The position numbers and the translations under genes are program-made. Shown one piece after another: positions 1 through 7,799 of a stretch of 10,790 bases of DNA. Source of the DNA: Tubiluchus corallicola (Eukaryota > Animalia > Priapulida); NCBI GenBank assembly GCA_030141605.1, contig JAQGDQ010001289.1, forward strand, positions 38,716-49,505, read 5' to 3'. The notes below the pieces were generated by a model, which did no database searches, was not told the DNA's origin, and saw only the letters and a program-made list of their open reading frames with translations. Within the stretch, counting starts at the first letter, position 1, and each line of letters starts with the position of its first letter.

Positions 1-783
1 TTAGTGTTATTAAATGTTTACTCGGTGTGCGACGTACAACTGCTAATGATTTGTGTCTCATAGAGTTGGGCCTTTCCTCCCTGAATGGTTTTGTGAAGGA
101 CACCCAATCTCGCTTTTTCAATAAGATTGTTCGCTCAAGAGTGAATATTCCTGATGATCCGTTTATGATTGTTTACAATTTGTGTCGCGAGTCAAACACC
201 CCATGTGCTCGATATTTGCGTAATATAACTGGATACCGTGGTGATTTTATCGTTGATGACCTGAATAGAATCAAAGATAGGATCCGCGCTTCTGACCGTA
301 CGAAATTTGTCACATACTCACAACTAAACCCTGAACTCTCTATCCATCGAATTTACTGTGACAATGTTAATGAACTGAAACGGATAAAAACGTCAAGGCT
401 CAGACTTTCCTCACACAACCTTGCCATAGAAACCGGTCGTTGGTCCCGTATTGAAAGAGAGCGAAGACTCTGTTCATGTGGACAAATCCAAACAGAACTG
501 CACGTAATATGTGAATGCCCTGAAACACGTATCTTAAGAAACAATTCCGATTTAATATTTGATGATTTACTGACTTTTTTCAGCGGAAATCCCGCTGATA
601 TTTGTAATTTTGTACACGATGCTCTAGCCATTTTTGGTCTCTAATTGTTACTACACCATACATTGAGTGATCTATGGACTATGATCAGCCTAAATTTCTT
701 AAATGTTGCAACTATCTCGAAACGATTCTTATGACTTTTTGTATATATCTTTGACCATGGTCAATAAATAAATAATAATAATA
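1..783 (+). mobile_element. 3' end of a non-LTR retrotransposon (RTE-X-like LINE ORF2 C-terminus, 3' UTR and simple-repeat tail), antisense within intron 3
   Basis: Frame is open from position 3 to the stop at 644: KCLLGVRRTTAN...ELG, then RLRLSSHNLAIETGRW...RLCSCGQIQTELHVICEC (Cys/His-rich C-terminal motif of LINE ORF2). Ends in AATAAATAAATAATAATAATA at ~763-783. Clade is assigned by motif recall only. Confidence 0.85.
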
Positions 784-1694
784 ACTTACTAGTGTAGTTT
801 GCTTTAGATGGTAGCAAAGCTCCGCTCACAAAACAATAACCGTGTAACTTACTAGTGTAGTTTGCTTTAGATGGTAGCAAAGCTTCGCTCACAAAACTAT
901 GACCGTGTAACTTACTAGTGTAGTTTGCTTTAGATGGTAGCAAAGCTCCGCTCACAAAACAATAACCGTGTAACTTACTAGTGTAGTTTGCTTTAGATGG
1001 TAGCAAAGCTTCGCTCACAAAACAATAACCGTGTAACTTACTAGTGTAGTTTGCTTTAGATGGTAGCAAAGCTTCGCTCACAAAACAATAACCGTGTAAC
1101 TTACTAGTGTAGTTTGCTTTAGATGGTAGCAAAGCTTCGCTCACAAAACAGTAACCGTGTAACTTACTAGTGTAGTTTGCTTTAGATGGTAGCAAAGCTT
1201 CGCTCACAAAACAGTAACTGTGTAACTTACTAGTGTAGTTTGCTTTAGATGGTAGCAAAGCTTCGCTCACAAAACAATAACCGTGTAACTTACTAGTGTA
1301 GTTTGCTTTAGATGGTAGCAAAGCTTCGCTCACAAAACAATAACCGTGTAACTTACTAGTGTAGTTTGCTTTAGATGGTAGCAAAGCTTCGCTCACAAAA
1401 CAATAACCGTGTAACTTACTAGTGTAGTTTGCTTTAGATGGTAGCAAAGCTTCGCTCACAAAACAGTAACCGTGTAACTTACTAGTGTAGTTTGCTTTAG
1501 ATGGTAGCAAAGCTTCGCTCACAAAACAGTAACCGTGTAACTTACTAGTGTAGTTTGCTTTAGATGGTAGCAAAGCTTCGCTCACAAAACAATAACCGTG
1601 TAACTTACTAGTGTAGTTTGCTTTAGATGGTAGCAAAGCTTCGCTCACAAAACAATAACCGTGTAACTTACTAGTGTAGTTTGCTTTAGATGGT
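782..1694. repeat. 63-bp tandem repeat, ~14.5 copies, spanning the exon 3/intron 3 junction
   Basis: Minus-strand unit ACCATCTAAAGCAAACTACACTA|GTAAGTTACACGGTTATTGTTTTGTGAGCGAAGCTTTGCT. Period is exactly 63 (donor G at 1671, 1608 ... 789). Near-identical copies with no indels. Confidence 0.98.
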
Positions 1695-1833
1695 GATACG
1701 CCATACTGATGTTCGATGAATTTGGGCATAAAAACGAAAGCGGTGATGAGCGTGTAGAGATCCGTGCAGTTTGCAAAAACAAGACAAATGTAGATCTTGT
1801 TCTTTAAGAGTTTCAACAGCGCTCTTCCTAAAT
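1672..1833 (-). CDS. SLCO: OATP/SLCO coding exon 3 (about TM7 to the start of TM8), drawn to the first donor; the gene continues beyond the left edge
   Basis: Acceptor TTTATGTTCCAG|AT gives K-D-LGRALLKLLKNKIY...FMPKFIEHQYGVSPSKAN, matching the OATP F-x-PK-x-x-E-x-Q-Y/F-G motif. First donor ACT A|GTAAGT at 1671; 162 nt, phase 1-1. The 3' boundary is ambiguous because the donor is repeated 15 times. Confidence 0.88.
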
Positions 1834-1883
1834 CTGGAACATAAAGAACGCACAGCTATATCGTCTCAATAAATCGTCGTGTG

Positions 1884-2062
1884 GGAAATTATGTTAGTTT
1901 GTGACGTCATCAGTAGTTGTGCTCGCCCGCCGTTAATTAAGACTTTAATCTATAATTTCATTATCAGAAACGACTTTTGCAGTATTAATTATGTTAAAAT
2001 GTATACTTTTTATCGGATTTGAAAATGGGGCCCCATATGAAAATCATCCTGTCTTCCTTTAA
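1884..2062. repeat. Dispersed repeat fragment in intron 2, possibly a Kolobok-like DNA transposon end
   Basis: Directly homologous to ~10437-10615 (AAATTATGTTAGTTTGTGA.GTCA ... ATTATCAGAAACG ... TTTGCAGTATTAAT ... GTTAAAATGTATA). Ends in CCTTTAA, resembling a TTAA-targeting element terminus; the family call is inference. Confidence 0.6.
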
Positions 2063-2164
2063 AATGAACTTCGTTTAACATAATAAACACACATAATGGC
2101 CCTTTCACATTGTGAGTTTCGTTTATTAAAACATGAATGAACTTTCACTATTTCAATTTCTTAC

Positions 2165-2632
2165 CCTTTGGCTGCTCCTTTATCATGTTGATAATCTTGG
2201 ATTCGTTCTGGGGTAGAGAGCTGGATTTTTTATTTTTATCAGGAATATTCCTTGGCGTTGCTAAGACGCCATCACTTGTGTCTACATTTTTGCTACCAAC
2301 GTCCAGCGCAGTTTCTTCATAAGACGGATTGACCACACCATTCTTCAGGCCGTAGTGACCATCAGACATCTGCTGTTTCTTGCTCGGACTTTCCTCGGGA
2401 TTTTTCCCTCGTTGCGTTCTTGGCAGCGTCCTTGGAAACATGAGATATGGCACCGCCAGGAGAAATTGAGGTATGGCTATGATGACAAAGCCAAGCCACC
2501 AGGCTCCAATCCAACCTGGATCTCTAGGCGTTAGACCATGAGTGTCTCTCAGATTCTCTGGTCTATTTAAGGTTGCAGATGCAAGAAGGAAGCCCAGTGA
2601 TGGTCCAATACTTCGAGCTGCATGTGGAATAC
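2165..2632 (-). CDS. SLCO: OATP/SLCO coding exon 2 (about TM5-TM6 plus the large cytoplasmic loop)
   Basis: Acceptor TTGCTTCTAG|GT; joins exon 1 as PLFL-S-IPHAARSIGPSLGFLL. Contains the OATP superfamily signature region DPGWIGAWWLGF and then FPRTLP. Donor AAG G|GTAAGA at 2164; 468 nt, phase 1-1. Confidence 0.93.
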
Positions 2633-2656
2633 CTAGAAGCAAGCGTAATGGTTGTA

Positions 2657-3212
2657 TTCAATTCAATAGATTTATTTCGCAATAAACATATACATTACAT
2701 TACATGTGCATCGATAATCACTTTTTGTTAATACAAAATTATGATATAATTCATGAATTCTGCGCTAGAGACCTAAGAAGCTAGCTTATGGTAGGCCACT
2801 AGAATTAGTTACGAAAAAAATTACAATATATACAGATACAATATTACAATATATACAAATATAAATACGGGTGGGAAGTAATAAAAATATTATTATACTA
2901 GAGGGGAAGTTTTTGAAAATGAAAAACAACAAATCATGATTGAGTCATCAGTTATATGTTTCAAGTAAGTTTAATTTATAATTTTTTTTAAATATGGACA
3001 GCGAGCTGGCATTTTTAATAGCTGGAGCAATTGAATTCCATATGTAAGGGCCATTGTATTTAATAGAAAATTTTCCAACATTTGTATTGCACTGTATGCA
3101 GTGATAGTTCAGCCTATAACGTGTGCCGTAATTATGTATCTCAGCATTCAAACAAAAATAATCAGTAAATAAGGGAGGCAATAATTTATGAGAGAATTTG
3201 TACATGAAACCT
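2657..3212 (-). mobile_element. 5'-truncated CR1/L2/Crack-type LINE remnant, in the same orientation as the gene, in intron 1
   Basis: Translation FMYKFSHKLLPPLFTDYF...IHNYGTR...SIKYNGPYIWNSI...SSLSIFKKNYK is the typical CR1/L2-group ORF2 C-terminus. Stop at 2948, then an AT-rich UTR ending GCGAAATAAATCTATTGAATTGAA. Confidence 0.85.
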
Positions 3213-3740
3213 GACCTCCACTTTGGGATAATTAAAGTCCCAGTCTGACTGGCTATTAGACAGTCATCATTATGACAGCGGGTATGGGATATCCAACAAA
3301 ATTGCAACAAATAATAATCTCATGAACTAGAACTGCAATGAATTCATTTTCACACATCAAAAAATACAATATCAAACACATTAATAAATTTTAAATAAAA
3401 TAATTTGAGTAGTGCGAGGTGAGTGTACGACCATACGGTCATTAACACATTCACCTTACTTACATGAAAAAATGATTATAGTTATGCATGCTTCTGTAGA
3501 TAACTTAATGTAAATAAGGATGAAGTAAATGATGTAATAATAGCAATGATATAAGAGCAATAAACCTGAAAGTTAAGAAAGGAAAACATAATATGTAATT
3601 ACGATTTTGAGTGAGCCTTAAAGAGTGAAAACTTATTTTTTAAATAGTTACGAATAAATATGAATTATGTGATTATCTGTCAATATACCACTTACTTGTA
3701 TTACAATGCACCATACTGCTTACTTGTATATACAATGATG

Positions 3741-3760
3741 TATATATATATATATATATA
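3741..3760. repeat. (TA)n microsatellite
   Basis: Ten TA units. Confidence 0.95.
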
Positions 3761-3886
3761 ACCAAATTTAAGTGGGGGAGAAGAGATTAAATTATATATT
3801 ATACTTGTAGTAATAACTATAATTGTATAGAACATTTAAATATAATTGATTGTAGTAATGTAGCCATCATAACCATTAAAGATGGG

Positions 3887-3941
3887 CTTATCTCTGTACA
3901 TACTATTTAGTTGTTACAAGAATAGTATGTACAGAGATAAG
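3887..3941. repeat. Perfect 21-bp inverted repeat with a 13-nt spacer
   Basis: CTTATCTCTGTACATACTATT (3887-3907) and AATAGTATGTACAGAGATAAG (3921-3941). Confidence 0.95.
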
Positions 3942-3961
3942 ATCAAAATTTGTTGCAGCTT

Positions 3962-4263
3962 TGATGGATATCTCATACCTGGTATCATAATGATGGATAT
4001 CTCATACCTGGTATCGTAATGATGGATATCTCATACCTGGTATCATAATGATGGATATCTCATACCTGGTATCATAATGATGGCTGTCTCATACCTGGTA
4101 TCATAGTGATGGATATCTCATACCTGGTGTCATAATGATGGATATCTCATACCTGGTATCGTAATGATGGATATCTCATACCTGGTATCATAATGATGGA
4201 TATCTCATACCTGGTATCATAATGATGGCTGTCTCATACCTGGTGTCATAATGATGGCTGTCT
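3962..4263. repeat. 29-bp minisatellite, ~10.4 copies
   Basis: Unit TGATGGATATCTCATACCTGGTATCATAA starting at 3962, 3991, 4020 ... 4252. Confidence 0.97.
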
Positions 4264-4336
4264 AATTTAGCTGATATAAAATAACAAGATCTACAGCACA
4301 ACCTGTACTAATTTTCAGTTGCTCAAAATAAATTGT

Positions 4337-5053
4337 TTGCATAGCAAAATCGTCCATAAATCGGCAGTTAAGCTGTTGTGTTTTGTTTCTCTCGGAAGGC
4401 TCGTGGAGAAAACCAGAAAACACTTCATCAAATTAAACTAGTTTATTAAGCGAGAATTCTACAACACAAAAGTATGAAGGAACGCGAAATGTTTACAGTA
4501 AATGTGAAAATCTGGAAAAGTTATAGTGTATCTGAAAATACAAGTATACAAGAGAATGTGAGAGAATCAGAGAATGTGAGAGAATAAACTTCAGCGGCCA
4601 GCTCCGTCTTATATATCAGTGTCAGTTCGAAACTTCTAGAGAGTTCTAGTTCTACTATACAATGGAACATTCTACAATGTTCTATTTAATTCTAATACAT
4701 TCCAGCGATCTTCACAACATAAGCTTTTCTAGTTATTCACATATCCTGAATCTCCATTTCATGAGGATCATTTTGATACCAAGTTCATTATTCTATGTTT
4801 TTTCTAAGTTGAGATAATCCAGGTTGAAGTTGAGGTGCAGTGAAAATCATAACCTGAGAAAATCGAACAGGTTTACCAAAGTTTTTTGTCGCGTTTCTAC
4901 AAAGCACTTATCAACCGCACAAATGTTGGTTGCTGTGGACTTTGCAAGAACACATTGAAGTTATCAGTTATGTTTAAATCCAGTAGATGGCTCTTCCTGA
5001 TGAAGATCTGGGCTCGGCAAGAGAAAAAACCCGAAGCGAAATAATTGCTTCCA
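4337..5053. mobile_element. Older dispersed repeat (probable non-autonomous DNA transposon), interrupted by the solo LTR
   Basis: 4337-4373 joined to 4725-4782 matches the reverse complement of 7381-7470. 4912-5053 matches the reverse complement of ~7003-7138. No coding capacity; termini not identified. Confidence 0.65.
4374..4719 (-). mobile_element. Solo LTR (346 bp) with 5-bp target-site duplication TAAGC
   Basis: Termini TGTTGTG...CACAACA (7-bp inverted repeat, TG..CA). TAAGC at 4369-4373 and 4720-4724. On the minus strand a TATATAA (4615-4609) precedes an AATAAA (4447-4442). A paralogous empty site with a single TAAGC exists at 7434-7438. Confidence 0.88.
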
Positions 5054-5341
5054 CAAACTTTAGTGTTTAAAACTTGCCTGTCAAAGCAGCTAGAATCGTA
5101 ATTACGTAACGATGCATGTGTAGGCACTATGGTGTGCTACTGAGCGAAATAAATCGAAATTGAATTGAAAACCCTCTTAATTGCTAAATCTTCGTCTTCC
5201 GTGTTCTGCGATGTCATTTCAAACGTTGAAGTATTTAAATTGCACCACAGTACTTTCTGACTATCTATATATAATTTGTGCTCAGAAAGTAGTTATATAA
5301 GCTTGTTTACTTGTAATTTCGGTACGAATAAGAATACTTAC

Positions 5342-6161
5342 TAAGAAATAGTGGTGTGTCTTCTGCCTTATCAACGTTGTCATCCAGGTAAGAACTGCCT
5401 AAGGAAAACATGAAGGCTGTTCCACATCCTGCGATAAACTCTCCCAGAAATATGATCCCGAAACCCGCATTGTTTGACGACCTGAGTTGTTCATCCCTGG
5501 AACAGGAATCTTCATCAACAAGGTTGTCGTCTAGTAGAAACGTATCGACACTGTTATTGATGCAAACGGGAGAAGTTAGTTTCTGATCTGGTAAAGTCTT
5601 CATCCTTGATGAACCTTGAACGTCTGGAACATTTGCCCCAAAAATATAGTAGGGTGTGGACGAAATGAACAGCCCCAGCCCAACAAGGAGCAAGCTACAT
5701 GCCATGATTCGTGGCTTATGACCTTTGCCCCCGAAATGCGAGCCAATGACGACAAGAGCCACGTGAGCGATGTCGTTGGCAATGAGGAGGATGCCGGTCC
5801 TGCTGCTGGGATACCGGAAGCGCCTCTCTAGGGTGGTGAGGACACCTCCACGGTAACCCAACATTAAACTAGTGACAATGAATAGCAGACAGTAGCAGAA
5901 GACGAACATCTTGATGTTGGCGCACTTCTGTAAGAATCTTGGATAACAAATGAAACCACATTGTCCATCGTGATTGTCTCCAGTTTCTTCATTGTCCACA
6001 GTTTCTTCATTGTCCACAGTTCGCACTGGCTGATTTTTCTGTACCGTTGCCATGGTGACGTCTTTCTTGTTACAAATGAAACCACATTGTCCATCGTGAT
6101 TGTCTCCAGTTTCTTCATTGTCTACAGTTTGCACTGGCTGATTTTTCTGTACAGTTGCCAT
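5342..6161 (-). CDS. SLCO: OATP/SLCO organic anion transporter, first coding exon (N-terminus to about TM4)
   Basis: Translation has OATP hallmarks: CGFICYPRFLQKCANIKMF, LTTLERRF..PSSRTG, SHFGGKGHKPR, GSSYLDDNV..TPLFL. ATG at 6161 is in ACCATGG context with an in-frame TGA upstream. The exon ends at CTT A|GTAAGT (donor GT 5341-5340); 820 nt, phase 1. Subfamily not assignable by eye. Confidence 0.93.
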
Positions 6162-6181
6162 GGTGACGTCTTTCTTGTTAC
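5947..6181 (-). repeat. In-frame 108-bp tandem duplication covering the start codon, with a nested 18-bp duplication
   Basis: MATVQKNQPV..GQCGFIC occurs twice, and VDNEET is doubled in the second copy. TAACAAGAAAGACGTCACCATGG precedes both ATGs (6161 and 6053). Confidence 0.95.
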
Positions 6182-6201
6182 CACCAGTGAACGAGCGTCA
6201 A

Positions 6202-6233
6202 CTGAAAATTTATCGCATTCAATGGATTTAGTA
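6202..6233 (-). promoter_or_regulatory. Candidate 3' splice acceptor upstream of the start codon, implying a non-coding upstream exon
   Basis: Minus strand TACTAAAT (branch-point-like) ... AATTTTCAG|TTGACG, 40 nt upstream of the ATG at 6161. Confidence 0.5.
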
Positions 6234-6940
6234 ATAAAATTGTTCTTCTCGATTCTTCATTAGCAATCCTGGATCCATTTCCGAACCCGTAACTTCACGT
6301 TTACTCGATAATTCACTAGCCAAACTACTAAAAATCGATTGTTTGTTCCCTACCTGTGCAGTTTTGTATGTTCAACAACGTCTAAGCAATTACAAGCGAA
6401 GTAACCTTTTTTAACCCAGGAACTAAAGGAAAACGCAGCTTTGCATCTCAATTTTACTGAAACGAAAGTTGTTCGCTTAGTGAATTTGGCTTTAAAGTTG
6501 GTAATAAGGTCTAATTGGGTATATCGTACGTTAGGTATAATTAAAAGTATCTTTTGAGGGTTACTAGAATAATTAGTGGAGCTTAAATAAACCTGTAATT
6601 GGTTTGTGAGGGTAAAACAGGTTCCGCATCGTTGCTTAAAGGCCACTTGAGCCAGAGGTTTATTCTGACGGGCTGTTTGCCCAAAGTTGTTCCATGACCT
6701 AGAATAGCCAGATATCCATGGTGTCTGGCGTTTTTTAACTTTTAGTTCAGTTCAAGGTTCAAATGTGCTGCTTGCAAACCCAAACCGTCTGCAAGTGGCT
6801 TAGTTAAAACTACGTTATGATGCTTCTAAGTAGAATTGTCAATGTGAATTTTCTGTTTTTTTAAACAAACGTTAAATTTATTGGACGTTTATATTCTAGC
6901 ATGAAATTATCAAGGAAATGTTTAAAAAATACTAGAAATC

Positions 6941-7470
6941 TAATTTTATAATCCCATATTCACTTTTCTGGCTAGAAACAAGTACTACAATTGAGAAAAA
7001 CTTGGAAGCAATCTTTTGCTTTGGGTTTTTTCTATTGCCAAGCCCAGCTCTCGTAGCGAGTAAGAGCCATCTACTGGATGTAAACATAACTTCAATGTGT
7101 TCTTGCAAAGTCTGTAGCAACCAACATTTGTACAGTTGCTACAGTTTTGTAGAAATGGAAAAAAAACAATGGCTGAGTCTAACAGTGATTTAACTTTAAT
7201 TTTATAATCCCATATTCACTTTTCTGGCTGGAAACTAGTACTGCTATTGCGAAGAACTGCTGTAGTAAACTCATGGAAGTGGTCATTTTGTTTTGGATTT
7301 TTTCTACTGCTAAGCCCAGATGTGCGTCAGAAAGAGTCGTCTACTAGATTTGAACACAGTGCTCTTGCGAAGTCCGTAGCTTGGTATGATCCTCACGAAA
7401 TGGGCATTCAGGGTATGTGAAAAAGCTAGAAAAGCTTAATTGCTGACCTATGAACGATTTTACTATGCAA
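6941..7470. mobile_element. Second, inverted copy of the same dispersed repeat, with an internal ~256-bp diverged tandem duplication
   Basis: TAATTTTATAATCCCATATTCACTTTTCTGGCT occurs at 6941 and 7197, with continued similarity (GCCCAG..CTACT.GAT..TCTTGC.AAGTC.GTAGC). Inverted homology to 4337-5053. Confidence 0.65.
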
Positions 7471-7799
7471 GGACACAAATTGTTAATTCAAAAAGAAATA
7501 CAAAAATCTCAGTTTCCGTTGTTTCTGGTTCACAGCTGTTTATTACTAAATAGGTAATCTTTTTAGAAGAAACGTATAAAAATCATCAATAATCTTTATC
7601 TTTTAACGATCCTCCTTGAGAAACTGGTTAAGCAAGAAGCAGTTGGTTGATTAAAAGAAAATTTTCTCAACTAAAATATTACAAAGCAGGTAATTGTGCA
7701 ATTAGCGAGTTCAATTTTATTTCAAGAAGGTCAGTGGGCCCTGAGTGAACTTGCTAAACATGCTGAATGGATCCTTTTATGGCTGCTTATCTTTCGAAT

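Noticed and set aside
27-644. Host zinc-finger gene
   Set aside because: The frame is open to the window edge, its motifs match a LINE ORF2 C-terminus, and a simple-repeat tail follows.
782-1694. CRISPR array
   Set aside because: Units are contiguous and near-identical with no unique spacers; the context is eukaryotic and there are no cas genes.
761-1816. Standalone 351-aa repeat protein gene
   Set aside because: The start is a TTG inside OATP exon 3; the ORF is exon 3 reading through the duplicated donor array.
3962-4263. CRISPR-like 29-bp palindromic repeats
   Set aside because: Head-to-tail with no spacers; an ordinary minisatellite.
5600-6263. Overlapping or antisense ORFs 5600-5782, 5616-5831, 5864-6118 and 5961-6263 (also 353-631 and 2137-2322)
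   Set aside because: Shadow frames of real coding sequence with no recognisable motifs.
6350-6646. 98-aa ORF as an upstream coding exon
   Set aside because: No OATP similarity, a non-ATG start, and an in-frame stop precedes the ATG at 6161.
6707-6729. Imperfect hairpin GCCAGATATCCATGGTGTCTGGC as a terminator or RNA gene
   Set aside because: Short, compatible with chance or a transposon remnant, and intrinsic terminators do not apply in this eukaryotic context.
4897-7193. Short ORFs 4897-5127 and 7002-7193 sharing KSHLLD.NIT, as a possible small gene family
   Set aside because: The similarity is explained by the inverted non-coding repeat; indels break the shared frame outside a short stretch.
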